NCBI GenBank assembly: GCA_043228905.1
Contig: JBHGNT010000005.1
Coordinates: 1,612,001 to 1,676,000, forward strand
Source: Azolla caroliniana
Lineage: Eukaryota > Plantae > Polypodiophyta
Direction: 5' to 3'
DNA: 64,000 nt
Position numbers and translations under genes: made by a program. A model generated the notes under the pieces. The model saw only the letters and a program-made list of their open reading frames with translations, made no database searches and was not told the DNA's origin. This document shows positions 37,350 to 49,757 of the stretch, piece after piece. Each line of letters begins with the position of its first letter. The first letter of the stretch is position 1.

Positions 37350-39493
37350 TCTCGGTTATCGGAACCGAGGGAGTCGCGGTTACGCTCGTGGTTCGGCCTA
37401 ACCGTCAAAAACTGGACCGAATGGCGCCCGTCCTGGCTCTTGACCCGCGCATAGGCCGAACCATTGTCCAGCACCTTGGTCTCCATTCGCGCCGCCGTGA
37501 TGTACGGCTCTCCCAGTATGACCGGATGCGAAGACGTCTCCTGCACGAAGAAGTGCTGGTCAATCTCGACGTCGCCAATCTTGACTCGCACATTCGGACA
37601 GGCCCCGTGCAGTTCCTCGGTGGCGCGCGTTGCTGCCCTTATTTTCCACCCGTGCTTGGTGTTGATCAGCCATTTGCCCTTCTTATAGAAGTCCATGGAC
37701 ATCAAATTGATCTCCGATCCATGGTCCACCAAAGCTATCGCCGGTTCCTGGACATCGCCGATCTTCACCGGGGTTTCCGTGGTCGCTCGGGCCCAGTGCG
37801 GTCTCGAATAGTGGCTTTCCGCCCACTTGTCTCCCAGCGCCATGTCGTCTAGGTGCGTCGTCCGCACTTCCACCGGTCTTTCCGGTTCTGCCTCCGTCGA
37901 CAGCCTCTTCCGTTTCACCAAGTCCACGATGGAGTCGTGGAACTCCTTCTTGGCGATTCCCAGCACCTCTCGTAACGACAGCTCCACCTTGCTGTCGAGG
38001 ATCCGTTCCTCCAGGACCTTTCGTAAGTCTGTGGTCCTTTCTATCTCCGTCCCCAGACGGTACCCGCCCTTCTGGGGTTTATCTTGCGTACCGGCCCCGC
38101 CGGCTTCGTCCCGTCGTGGCCCGGACCGGGTCTCGTATCGTTGTGAGGGCCCGGTCGTCCCGGGTCTCCCCACCCGCTTCTCTTCTACCAGAGCCTCGTA
38201 GTTCTGGCAAGCGGCTTCCACGAAGCCCGTCCTTTCCTCGACCGGGTCGCTCCACCCGGTCATCTCCCGTACCCGTTTCTCCGCACTGTCCGATTCCTCC
38301 CCTTTTAGCCTTGCACCGGCAAGGCCTTCCAGCATCGTCGGCCAGAATCCGGCTTTGCTTTCCCTTCGGGCCTCGCCGCCCCCGACTCGAATGCCGGCTG
38401 ACGCCGAGTAGTGGACGGTTTCCGCGTGTCGGGTCGCCGCCTCTTCCATCAACCTTTTCATACCACCCTTTCCGTCGTTTCGGCTCAGGGCCCTTCGGGT
38501 GTCGCTGGCATGCACCCGTCCTTCCCACAGGTACACCACCCTGTCCCTCAGCGCCTCCGCGAAGTCGCCGCAGTCCTTTCGAATGTGGCCGACTTCATCG
38601 CACCACATGCACCTGTTTCCTGCCGCCGGCCGTCGGTCACGAGCCGGTTCGCCTCCTTCCCTTCGGGCCTGCGCGATTTGGAGGTCCTTTATTGCCTTCG
38701 TCAATTCCTCCAACGCCGCTCCTCCGGTCGAGCCTCTGACTACGCCGGTCGAAGCCGAACCGGTATCCAACCACTCCCGGGTCTCTTCCTTTCGCACCTG
38801 CGGCGCCGGTTCGAGCTTCCTTGCTGCGACCGAGCCCGACCCGGTTGCACCGTTATCCGCCCATTCTCGCCGTTTGTCGAAACGGCCACAGACCTTCCTG
38901 ACAGCCGCCCAGTCGGTAGTGAGCCCGTCTTCGGTTTCCAGCAAGAGGCCCACGTGCTCCCGATCCCGTTCGTCGACCGACTTGACGAACAGCAAGACCC
39001 GGCTCGTGTCCAGGATGGTTCGGTCGAGCGCCGAAAGGCGCGCAAAGTTTTCCTCGAACTCCCGGAGGAGTGCCGAAGCGTTTCTTCCCTTCCCCGGGGA
39101 CTCCACCCATTCCATGAACCTTCGCTTCGAAAGCCGGAGCGCGTCGTCCAGCCCGTATTTCTCTAGGAGCCGACCTTCGAACTCCTCCCAGGTACGGCTC
39201 TCCGCCCGCACCTCGAGCACCTCCGCATGGATGCTCGGCATCGCCACTCGGGGAAATCCGGCAAGACGCCTTTCTTCCGGAATGTCCCGCATCAGCATCT
39301 CTGCACCGTAGGACGCCAAATACTTCGTGGCATCCTTCCCATCGAACCGGCCGATCGTGCCGACGACCGCCTCAATAGCTCTGTCGAGGGCACCAGTGAT
39401 CTCGCGCGCGTTTACAATCCGATCCACGGCCGAAGCCATGGCCTCTACGAGATCCGACCCCCTCATCTTCTGCTCTTCTGCCGCCTCTTTCAC
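37340..39493 (-). CDS. gag-protease ORF of element A (717 aa; true start codon uncertain)
   Basis: Open frame with CMWCDEVGHIRKDC zinc knuckle and ALVDHGSEINLM aspartic protease, followed by ILGEPY. Confidence 0.92.
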   Translation of the reverse strand: MKEAAEEQKMRGSDLVEAMASAVDRIVNAREITGALDRAIEAVVGTIGRFDGKDATKYLASYGAEMLMRDIPEERRLAGFPRVAMPSIHAEVLEVRAESRTWEEFEGRLLEKYGLDDALRLSKRRFMEWVESPGKGRNASALLREFEENFARLSALDRTILDTSRVLLFVKSVDERDREHVGLLLETEDGLTTDWAAVRKVCGRFDKRREWADNGATGSGSVAARKLEPAPQVRKEETREWLDTGSASTGVVRGSTGGAALEELTKAIKDLQIAQARREGGEPARDRRPAAGNRCMWCDEVGHIRKDCGDFAEALRDRVVYLWEGRVHASDTRRALSRNDGKGGMKRLMEEAATRHAETVHYSASAGIRVGGGEARRESKAGFWPTMLEGLAGARLKGEESDSAEKRVREMTGWSDPVEERTGFVEAACQNYEALVEEKRVGRPGTTGPSQRYETRSGPRRDEAGGAGTQDKPQKGGYRLGTEIERTTDLRKVLEERILDSKVELSLREVLGIAKKEFHDSIVDLVKRKRLSTEAEPERPVEVRTTHLDDMALGDKWAESHYSRPHWARATTETPVKIGDVQEPAIALVDHGSEINLMSMDFYKKGKWLINTKHGWKIRAATRATEELHGACPNVRVKIGDVEIDQHFFVQETSSHPVILGEPYITAARMETKVLDNGSAYARVKSQDGRHSVQFLTVRPNHERNRDSLGSDNREDF

Positions 39494-39506
39494 GTCGGGT
39501 TCACCA
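39490..39506 (-). promoter_or_regulatory. Primer-binding site complementary to the tRNA-Trp 3' end
   Basis: TGGTGAACCCGACGTGA is the complement of ...TCACGTCGGGTTCACCA, the 3' end of plant cytosolic tRNA-Trp. Also present at 32553 (one mismatch), 43625 and 57683. Confidence 0.85.
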
Positions 39507-39510
39507 AATA

Positions 39511-40302
39511 TGTCGAGATATTACGCAAGTGCGTGTGAAAACGAGGCGGGACCGCGGGGGTCTCGAACCAAAGAGCAAGCGAGGGAGGAGAAAGAGAGAG
39601 AACCGGCTACGCAGGACCGGGGATACACAGGGACACGGCCCTGTAGCACGGAGAACGCGAACAGACACCGACACAGACAGATGCGAATGACTAAATATGT
39701 GTATTAACAAAAATGGCTAACACGACTACAACCCTCGATGGGGCACAGGTTGGTTACAACCGAACAGGCCGGCGAACAGATGCCGATGCCTGTTCGCTTC
39801 GACGCACAAACGGGGTAGCAGGTCGGAGGTGCTGCCGGAAGCACTCGGGCGTTCCTCGAAACAGCGCGAGCCTCCTCGGAACCCTGCACAGAAAGCTATG
39901 GAGCTCGAGAAGGAAGGAAACACAGAGAGAGAGAGAGAGCGTCCAGAAACGGTCCGACAGCACTTCGTCCTCTTTGCGCGAGATCCCCGCAACAACTCTT
40001 TCCTGCTCCTTATATAGGCCGTTGAGCAGGCCGTCGCGTCAGCTTTATTCCCTGTCCCTTTTTGACAGGGATCCGCTCCGTTTTTCACGCATCCGCGTAG
40101 TTACGCCGCCGACTCGTACAGTTCGCGCGCGCGACCGAAAAGACTGTTCGCGCGGTCGCTGTCTCTACTTGAGTTAGGGCCCGTTCCTGCCGATTATCCT
40201 CCTAATTCGCTTCTATGTACAACTTGGAGCGTGCGCGCGTGAAGAACCGGTTCCCACGCCTTGGTGCGCCGGTTCCGCCTATGGACGGTTTTCTTCACGA
40301 CA
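39511..40302 (-). repeat. 5' LTR of element A (792 bp)
   Basis: TG...CA, adjacent to the PBS, followed by GCGC. Confidence 0.96.
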
Positions 40303-42968
40303 GCGCGTTCGTGTAGAAAGGGGCGGGACCACAAGGGTCTTGGACCGAGGAGCGAGAGAGAGAGAGACAGAGAGAGATTCATCGACATGTAGAAGCGAGA
40401 AAGAGAGATATAGAACGTAACGCTTAATTATTATGGCAATAGATTACAAACTCCGACAGTTACAACCGACAAAGCTGCGATGGACCCAACACGGGGACCC
40501 TACTCACGCACACCGACGACAGTCACACGACTCAAAGAAACAGGAGGGGGAAAGGGAGTGACCCTGCTGGAAGCACAGGAGCTGTCCACGAAGCAGAGGC
40601 AGCGACCTCCCGACATCCGTAGAGAGCGACGATTCGAGTCGAAGAGAGAGAGCTCCGTCTTCCGTTCTGCAGCAACCTCCCCTCCTGCCAACGCGTGATC
40701 GCCCCTTTTCTCTTGTCCTCTTCCCTTTATTCCCTGTCCCTCTGCCCCCCGTCTGACAGAGATACGCACAATCCCCTGATAAATGCGTGCCACTTCGTAT
40801 TTTCACCCACCGATCCGTTTATGAATCGGGTACAAAATATCAAGTTACGCGTCCATCCGTGTAAGAGCCGGTTCACACGGCTTTCTCTCCGATTCCGCCT
40901 ATGGCCGGTTTTCTTCACGACATCCGCCCCCACCTAACCGCGCATCCACCGGTATGCGCCAAAATTGGGTTCTGGTTTGGAGAAAACCGGTCCGGGTTCC
41001 GGTTACTCGTTCATTGGTTCGTCCTCCGTTTCGGACCGTTCGTCGTCGCTATCCAGGCCTCTTACATCTGGTTCGCCGTTGTGGCGCTTCTTGAACGCCT
41101 TGATCCGCTTCCCTGCTACCGGTACCGCCATCCTCGTACCGTCGAGTTCCGCCAGGTGATACGTCCCGTTGTCGTTGGCGCTCGTTACCACGTAAGGCCC
41201 GAACCACCGCTTTGCAAACTTCCGTGTTGCCCGGTGCTGGTTGTCGAGGCTGCTGTCGTAGACTAGCACCCAGTCGCCTTCCTCGATTTTCTTTTGTCGG
41301 AGCCGGTGCGTTCGGTCGAACTGGGCTTTGTTCCTCATCCTCGACGGCCGAAGTCTCTCCGCCGCTTGTTCCACATCCCCTGGCCTCCGCTCGAGCTGTC
41401 GTATACGCGCCGCTAGCAGTTCTTCCCGGCTCATCTCGTCTCTCCAGTCCACTGTCGCCCAAGAGGAGATCGTCCGTTCCATCGGCATGATCGGCTTCTG
41501 TCCGAACATGAGCTCTGACGGCATGAACCTGGTTACCGAACTGTGCGTTGTCCGGTCCGCCCACAAGGCATAAGGTAACAGTCGTGGCCAGTTCCCGACC
41601 TGGCCTCCGCATGCCCGGACTAGCGCTTTGACGATCGGTCCGTGTCCGCGCTCCACCTTCCCGTTCGCCTCCGGATTGTACGCTGTGGTGAGCGAGAGCT
41701 TGACCCCTAACCGGTCGAACAACTCCTCGGCCTCTTCGGCGTCCAACTCCCCGCGGTCAGCCATGATCTTCCCGACGCACCCGTACCGGCATATCACGTC
41801 CTCGATCAGGAACCGACACACGACCGCGGTCGTTTTGTTCTGCAGGGCTCGGCCTTCCACCTGGTTCGTCAGGTCCTCCCGGGCCAGCACCAGATATCGC
41901 ATCTGCCCTACGCCCATCGGCATCGTCACCAAATCTACCATCCATTTGAAGTGGATGGCCGGAGGGTATGTAGGGTGAAGCTCGTCCCGATGTCGGACTA
42001 TGGAGTGTATTTGACAGCTCTCCCAAGTTGTCACGAACCGATGCACGTCCCAGTACAGTCCCGACCACCAATACTTCCCCTTTAGTTTCTCGAACGTGGC
42101 CCACGTCCCACGGTGTCCAGCCCAGGGGATGTCGTGGTAGGCCTCCAGCAACTCCTCCTGTTCCTCCTTCATCGCCACTACTCAGAGCGGGATGTCGTTT
42201 CTCTTCTTCGGGTGCTTCCACAAGTATCCGTCCCGGAGAAAGAATCGGTACGCTTTCTTCCGGATCCGGTTGGCCTCGTTCTTTGTCCATGACGCGTCCG
42301 GCGTCATGGTCCTTAAGAATCCCCCAATCTGCAGCCACTCCCCATCGTACTTGCTCTCGTTGAAATCGTTAAGCGCTGGAGTGCTCCCCCCCTCGGTTGT
42401 TACGTAAGCCGCCTCGAAGAAGTCCACGCCGACTTCCTCGTCCTCCGAAACCATGCCGCCCTCGTCGTCGAATCGCGCCCTCGAAAGCATGTCGGCCATG
42501 GCATTGTCTTTCCCGGAAATGTGTCGTATTTCCGGATCTAGGGACTTGATGTACGCTATCCACCTGAGCATTGCCAGGTCCGGGGTTGCGCATCCGGAAA
42601 CCAGGCCGAGAATCGGCAGGCAGTGCGTCTCGATAATCACCTCTGTCCCGATGAGATAGTCTTGATCGGCCTTCACTGCCAGAACGATACCCCAGAGTTC
42701 GCGTTTAACCTGGGCGTATCCTCGTTGTCGCTCGCTGAGGACCTTCGCGCCGAACCGGATTGGGAACCGATGCCGTCCTCATCTTCTTGGTTGACGACCC
42801 ATCTGATCCCGGCCGGACTTGTATCTACCGTTATGTAGATGGGAATGCCTTTCTCGTAGACAGCCTTCCGGAGTGTTGGAGTTGCAGCAACAGCCTCCTT
42901 CATCTTTCGGACCGACTCCGTATGCTCGTCTCGCCACTCGAATTTTCGCCCCTTTTTCAGCAACCCAT

Positions 42969-45900
42969 TGTCGTGAAGAAAACCGTCCACAAGCGGAATC
43001 GGTGCGCCGGAGCATAGGAACCGGCTCTTCATGCACGTACGCCTTGTGTTGTATATAGGAGAGAATTAGGGACATGGAAGATCCTAGGTAGGTAGATTCG
43101 GTAGGTAGGAAGTTAATAGGAAATGGCTCCCTTCTTGCCTATAAAAGGAGGGAGACGAGCAGGAGGAAGGGATCGCGGAATCAGAGAGGACGAAGTGCCT
43201 TCGGTTTGTGGGCGAAGGCTTCTCTCTCTCTCTGGCTCGCAAACTCCGTGGCTGCTTTCTGTGCAGGTTTTCGGGAGGCTCGCGCTGCTCTGAGGAATGC
43301 CCGAGTGCTTCCGGCAGCACCTCCAACCTACTCTTTTCTTTTTGTGCGTTTACGAACAGGCATCGACATCTGTTCGCCGGCCTGTTCGGTTGTAACCGAC
43401 TTCGTGTTTTTGTTGGTTGTCTCTGTTAATATATACTTACATACCGTTGTGCCTCTCTGTGTTGGTTTCCACGCTCGCGTCTTCGTGTCGAAGGGCCGTG
43501 TCCCTGTGGATCTACGCCCGCACGTAGTGGGTCCCTTCCCTTCTCCTTTCCCTATTGCTCTTCGGTACAAGACCCCCGAGGTCCCGCCTCATTCCACGCA
43601 TCCGCGAGGAGTACCTCGACATCTTGGTGAACCCGACGTGAACGAGGCGGCAGAAGAGCAGAAGATGATAGGGTCGGATCTTGCGGAGGCCATGGCTTCG
43701 GCCGTGGATCGGATATTGAGCGCACGCGAGGGCTCCGGCGCCCTCGACAGAGCCATTGAGGTGGTCGTTGGTACGATCGGCCGGTTCAGCGGAAAGGATG
43801 CCACGAAGTATTTGGCGTCCTACGGGGCAGAAATGCTGATGCGGGACATTCCGGAAGAGAGGCGCCTTGCCGGGTTCCCTCGAGTGGCGATGCCGAGCAT
43901 CCATGCGGAGGTGCTCGAGGTGCGGGCGGAGAGCCGTACCTGGGAGGAGTTCGAAGGTCGACTCCTAGAAAAATACGGGCTGGACGACACGCTCCGGCTT
44001 TCGAAACGGGACTTCATGGAGTGGGTGGAGTCCCCTGGCAAGGGATGAAATGCGTCGGCTCTTCTCCGGGAGTTCGAAGAACGCTTTGCGTGCCTTTCGG
44101 CGCTTGACCGAACCGTTCTGGATACGAGCCGGGTCCTACTGTTCGTCAAGTCGGTGGACGAGCGGGACCGGGATCAAGTCGGCTCCTTGCTAGAAACCGA
44201 AGACGGGCTGACGACCGACTGGGCTGCGGTTAAGAGAGTCTGTGGCCGTTTCGACAAACGGCGAGACTGGGCTGACAACGGGGCGGCTGGTGCGGGCTCT
44301 GTCACAGCAAGAAGGCTTGAACCGGCACCGCAAGGGCGAAGGGAAGAAACCCGGGAATGGCTCGAAACCGGTCCATCTTCGACCGGCATGGTCAGTGGCT
44401 CGTCCAGAGGAGCAATGCTGGAGGAGTTGACGCGGGCGATAAAGGATCTCCAGATCGCCCAGACTCGAAGGGAAGGCGGCGAACCGGCTCGTGACCGACG
44501 ACCGGTAGCAGGGAATAGGTGCATGTGGTGCGACGAGGTCGGCCACATTCGGAAGGACTGCGGCGATTTCGCAGAAGCGTTGAGGAACCGGGTGGTGTAC
44601 CTGTGGGAAGGCCGGGTGCACGCCGACGACACCAGAAGGGCCCTAAACCGAAACGACGGGCAAGGTGGAATGAAGAGACTGATGGAAGAGGCAGCGGCCC
44701 GACACGTGGAGGCCATCCACTACTGGACGTCGGCGACATTCGGGTCGGAAGGCACGGAAAAGCCTTCGCATTCTCATCGGAAGAGATCGTGTGCGTAGAC
44801 CCGACAATCGTGGAGCCGATGGTGATATTCACGGTACCGCATGTACTGTGGAATCTCAAGCCGATTCCAGTACCGAGAGCTCACATCCCGAAGTTGATGG
44901 AGCTATTGAGGCAGAAAGTCGATATGGGCATTCTCGAACCGTCGAGTGCCCCATACTCGAACCGATGGTTTACCGTACCAAAAAAAAATGGAACATTGCG
45001 CTTCATTCAAGACCTGCAGCCGGTCAACAGAGTGACCATTCGGAATGCAGGAATCGGACCGACCATAGACGAGTTTGCGGAGGCCTTCGCCGAAAGGTCG
45101 ATTTACTCGGTCGGTGATCTGTACTCGGGGTACGACTAGTTCCAGCTAGCCGTGGAGAGCAGAGACATTACGACGATGCGAACCCCCCTCGGCCTAGTGC
45201 GAATATGTACCCTGCCACAAGGAGGGACCAACTCGGTGGCCCACATGGTGAATGCAATGAACAAGGTACTGAGGGATTGCATCCCGGACATCACCATGCC
45301 ATTTCTGGACGACATCCCGATAAAGGGGTGCCCGGTGGAAGAGAAGGACGAGACAGTCGGGCCGGACGGATGCCGGCGATTCGTGGCAACACACATCGAC
45401 AACTGCGAGAAGGTGCTACAAAGGCTAGAGGATGCGAGGCTCACCTTCTCCGGGGAGAAATCGGCCTTCGGGCAATCAGAAATCCTGGTGGTCGAACACC
45501 TGTGTGGACCGTATGGCTGGAAGCCGTCTCCAGCAAAAGTAGAAGTCATCTCCGCAATGAAGACCGACTGTAACTCAGTTACGGAAGTTTGGAGGTTCCT
45601 GGGGGCATGCGCGTTCTACCACATATGGATCCCGCATTACGCCCACATTGCGGAGCCGCTATACGGGTTGCTGAAAAAGGGGCGAAAATTCGAGTGGCGA
45701 GACGAGCACACGGAGTTGGTCCTGAAGCTAAAGGAAGCTCTTGCGGCAGCACCGGCGCTCCGGAAGGCTGTCTACGAGAAGGGTACCCCGGTATACATAA
45801 CGGTGGATACGAGTCCAACCGGGATCAGATGGGTCGTCAACCAAGAAGACAGGGACGGCATTCGGTTCCTGATCCGATTTGGCGCGAAGGTCCTCAGTGA

Positions 45901-48324
45901 GCGACAGCGAGGGTACGCCCAGGTTAAACGCGAACTCTAGGGTATCGTTTCGGCAGTAAAGGCCGACAAAGACTACCTGATCGGGACGGAAGTGATTATC
46001 GAGACGGATTGCCTGCCAATTCTCGGCATGGTTTCCGGATGCGCGACATCGGACCTGGTGATGCTCAGGTGGATAGCGTACATCAAGTCCCTGGATCCGG
46101 GAATACGGCACAATTCCGGAAAGGACAACGCCATGGCCGACATGCTTTCGAGGGCGAGGTTTGATGACGAGGGCGGCATGGTATCGGAGGACGAACAAGT
46201 CGGCGTGGACTTCTTCGAGGCAGCGTACGTGACGACCGATGGGACAAGCACTCCGGCACTTAACGACTTCGACGAGAGCAAGTACGACGGCGAGTGGCTC
46301 CAGATCGGTGAATTTTTGAGGACTATGACGCCGGATGTGTCCTGGACGAGGGACGAGGCCAACTGGATCCGGAAGAAAGCATACTGATTCTTTCTCCGGG
46401 ACGGATACTTATGGAAGCACCCGAAGAAGAGGAACGGCGTCCCGTTCCGGGTGGTGGCGATGAAGGAAGAACAGGAGGAGCTGCTGACGGCCTACCACGA
46501 CAGCCCTTGGGCTAGACACCATGGAACGTGGGCCACGTTCGAGAAGATAAAGGGGAAGTACTGGTGGCCGGGACTGTACCGGGACGTGCATCGGTTCGTG
46601 AAAACTTGCGAGAGCTGTCAGATGCACTCCATAGTCCGACATCGGGACGAGCTTCACCCTACGTACCCGCCGACCATCCACTTCAAATGGATGGTAGATC
46701 TGGTGACGATGCCGATGGGAGTAGGACATATGCGGTACCTGGTCCTGGCTCGGGAAGATCTGACGAACCAGGTGGAAGGCCGGGCCCTTCAGAACAAAAC
46801 GACTGCAGCCGTATGTCGGTTCTTGCTTGAGGACGTGATATGCCGGTACGACTGTGTCGGGAAGATCGTGGCTGATCGCGGGGAGTTGGACGCCGAAGAA
46901 GCCGAGGAGCTGTTCGACCGGTTAGGAGTCAAGCTCTCGCTTACCACTGCGTACAATCCGGAGGCGAATGGAAAGGTGGAGCGCGGTCACGGACCGATCG
47001 TCAAGGCGTTAGTCCGCGGCTGCTGCCTTACGCATTGTGGGCTGACTGAACTACGCACAGTTCGGTAACCGGATTCATGCCGGCAGAGCTCATGTTTGGG
47101 CAGAAGCCAATCATGCCAATGGAACGTACGTCTTCTCATGGGCAACCGTGGACTGGAGAGACGAAATGAGCCGGGAGGAACTGTTGGCGGCGCGCATAAG
47201 GCAGCTCGAGCGAAGACCGGAGGACGTAGAGCAGGCTACGGAAAAGCTTCGGGTGGCAAGGATGAGGAACAAAGCCCGGTTTGACCGAACTCACGGCTCC
47301 GACCAGAGAAGATCGAGGAAGGCGACTGGGTGTTAGTCTACGACAACAGCCTCGACAACCAGCACCGAGCAACACGGAAGTTCGCAAGAAGGTGGTTCGG
47401 GCCTTACGTGGTACAAAGCGCCAACAACAACGGGACGTACCATCTAGCGGAACTCGACGACACGAGAATGGCGATACCGGTAGCTGGGAAGCGGATCAAA
47501 GCGTTCAAGAAGCGTCACGACGACGAGCCGAATCCGGTTAACCTGGACCGCGACGACGAGCGATCCGAAACCGAGGAAGAACCGACAGGCAGGGAATGAA
47601 GGCTGGACGGGTTTTCTCCGTCCCAACTCAATTTGGCGCATGCCAGTGGATGCGCGGTTAGGTGGGGGCGGATGTCGTGAAGAAAACCGTCCACAAGCGG
47701 AATCGGTGCGTCGGAGCATAGGAACCGGCTCTTCATGCACGTACGCCTTGTGTTGTATATAGGAGAGAATTAGGGACATGGAAGATCCTAGGTAGGTAGA
47801 TTCGGTAGGTAGGAAGTTAATAGGAAACGGCTCCCTTCTTGCCTATAGAAGGAGGGAGACAAGGAGGAGGAAGAGATCGTGGAATTAGAGAGGACGAAGT
47901 GTTGTCGGTTTGTGGGCGAAGGCTTCTCTCTCTCTCTGGCTCGCAAACTCCGTGGCTGCTTTCTGTGCAGGTTTTCGGGAGGCTCGCGCTGCTCTGAGGA
48001 ATGCCCGAGTGCTTCCGGCAGCACCTCCAACCTACTCTTTTCTTTCTGTGCGTTTACGAACAGGCATCGGCACTGTTCGCCGGCCTGTTCGGTTGTAACC
48101 GACTTCGTGTTTTTGTTGTTTGTCTCTATTAATATATACTTACATACCGTTGTGCCTCTCTGTGTTGGTTTCCACGCTCGCGTCTTCGTGTCGAAGGGCC
48201 GTGTCCATGTGGATCTACGCCCGCACGTAGTGGGTCCCTTCCCTTCTCCTTTCCCTATTGCTCTTCGGTACAAGACCCCCGAGGTCCCGCCTCATTCCAC
48301 GCATCCGCGAGGAGTACCTCGACA
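42969..48324 (+). mobile_element. Gypsy element C, two LTRs (42969-43621, 47673-48324), internally deleted and multiply inactivated
   Basis: PBS 43625-43641, PPT before 47673, flanks CCAT/CCGT. Gag is fused to RT at 44745-44748 and the protease is absent. Multiple stops and frameshifts. Confidence 0.93.
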
Positions 48325-49296
48325 CCGTATAGCGGCTCGGCAACGTGGGCGTAATGCGGGATCCATATATGGTAGAATGCGCACGCTGCCAAGAACCTCC
48401 GTACCTCCGTGACCGAGTTACAGTCGGGCTTCATTGCAGAGATGGCTTCTACCATAGCCGGAGACGGTTTCCGGCCATACGGTCCGCATAGATGTCTGAC
48501 GACCATGATCTCAGATTGCCCGAAGGCCGATTTCTCCCCGGAGAAGGTGAGCCTCGCGTCCTCTAGCCTCTGCAGCACCCTCTCACAGTCGTCAATGTGT
48601 GTCGCCATGAATTTCCGGCATCCGTCCGGTCCGATCGTTTCGTCCCTTTTCTCCACCAGACACCCCTTGATCGAGATGTCGTCCAAGAATGGCATGGTGA
48701 TGTCCGGGATACAGTCCCTCAGCACCTTGCCCATCGCATTGACCATGTGGGCCATCGAGTTCGTCCCTCCTTGTGGCGGGGTACACATCCGCACTAGGCC
48801 TAGAGGAGTCCGCATCGTCGTAATGTCCGCATCTCTACGGCTAGTTGGAACTGATCGTACCCTGAGTACAGATCCCCGACCGAGTAGATCGACCTTCTGG
48901 CGAAGGCCTCCGCGAACTCGTCTATCGTTGGTCCGATTCCTGCGTTCCGAATGGTCACTCTGTTGACCGGTTGCAGGTCTTGAATGAAGCGCAACGTCCC
49001 GTTCTTCTTTGGTACGGTAAACCACCGGTTCGAGTACGGGGCACTCGACGATTCGAGGATGCCCATATCGACTTTCTGTCTCAATAGCTCCATCAGCTCC
49101 GGGATGTGAGCTCTCGGGTACCGGAATTGGTTTGAGATTCCACGGCACATGTGGTATCGTGAATATCACCATCGGCTTCACGACTGTCGGGTCTACGCAC
49201 CCGATCTTTTCCGGTGAGAATGCGAAGGCTTTCCCATGCCTTCCGAGCATTCTCCGAAACCGGTCTTCCTCCGCCGGCAGTAGAAAACCGCCCCCT

Positions 49297-49757
49297 CTTG
49301 AACCGAAGAGCAGGTGATAGGAGGGGAAAGAGAAAGAGAGAGACGATTGGTAACGTATGAGCAAAGAAACACAGGGACACGGCCCGTCAACGCAGAAAAC
49401 ACGAATGGACACAGAGATAGAGAGACACGAATGTTTGTATATTAACAAATGACACAAAACAACAGAGCACGCGAGCGGTTACAACCGATGCCTGCTCGTC
49501 TATGCACGGATGGAGGTGCTGCCGGAAGCACACGGGCGTTCCTCGAAGCAGTGCGAGCCTCCCGAAATCCTGTAGAGAAGAGCGATGGAGAATGAACAGA
49601 GGAGAAGCGTTCGGTTACAGTCCGACAACACTTCCTCCTCCTCAATGCGCGATCCCTTTCTCCCCGCGCCTCCCTCTCTTTTATAGCTCCAAGAAGGGAG
49701 CCGCTTCCCTCATTAACTTCCTACCTACCGAATCTAACTACCTAGGATATACCTTTG
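49297..49757 (-). repeat. Gypsy LTR fragment D (same superfamily as the A/C LTRs), truncated at both ends
   Basis: Shares ggaggtgctgccggaagcac..gggcgttcctcgaa, acagggacacggccc and cattaacttcctacctaccgaatc with the A and C LTRs. Confidence 0.75.

Larger units (their letters stand above)
32991..40302 (-). mobile_element. Full-length Ty3/gypsy element A (non-chromovirus type), very young
   Basis: LTRs 32991-33780 and 39511-40302, TSD GCGC, tRNA-Trp PBS 39490-39506, PPT 33781-33797. Domain order gag-PR-RT-RH-INT, with no chromodomain seen. Confidence 0.97.
32973..49296 (-). mobile_element. Gypsy element B (3' LTR split as 32973-32990 + 40307-40922; INT/RH 40923-42968; RT 48325-49296); host to elements A and C; 5' part missing
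   Basis: LTR halves rejoin across A's GCGC TSD. Pol rejoins across C's CC(A/G)T TSD (EPLYG|LLKKG). Frameshifted RT and RH; 391-aa integrase ORF at 41003-42178. Confidence 0.85.

Noticed and set aside
39490-39506. tRNA-like sequence
   Set aside because: Only the 17-nt complement of a tRNA-Trp 3' end (a PBS); no cloverleaf gene.
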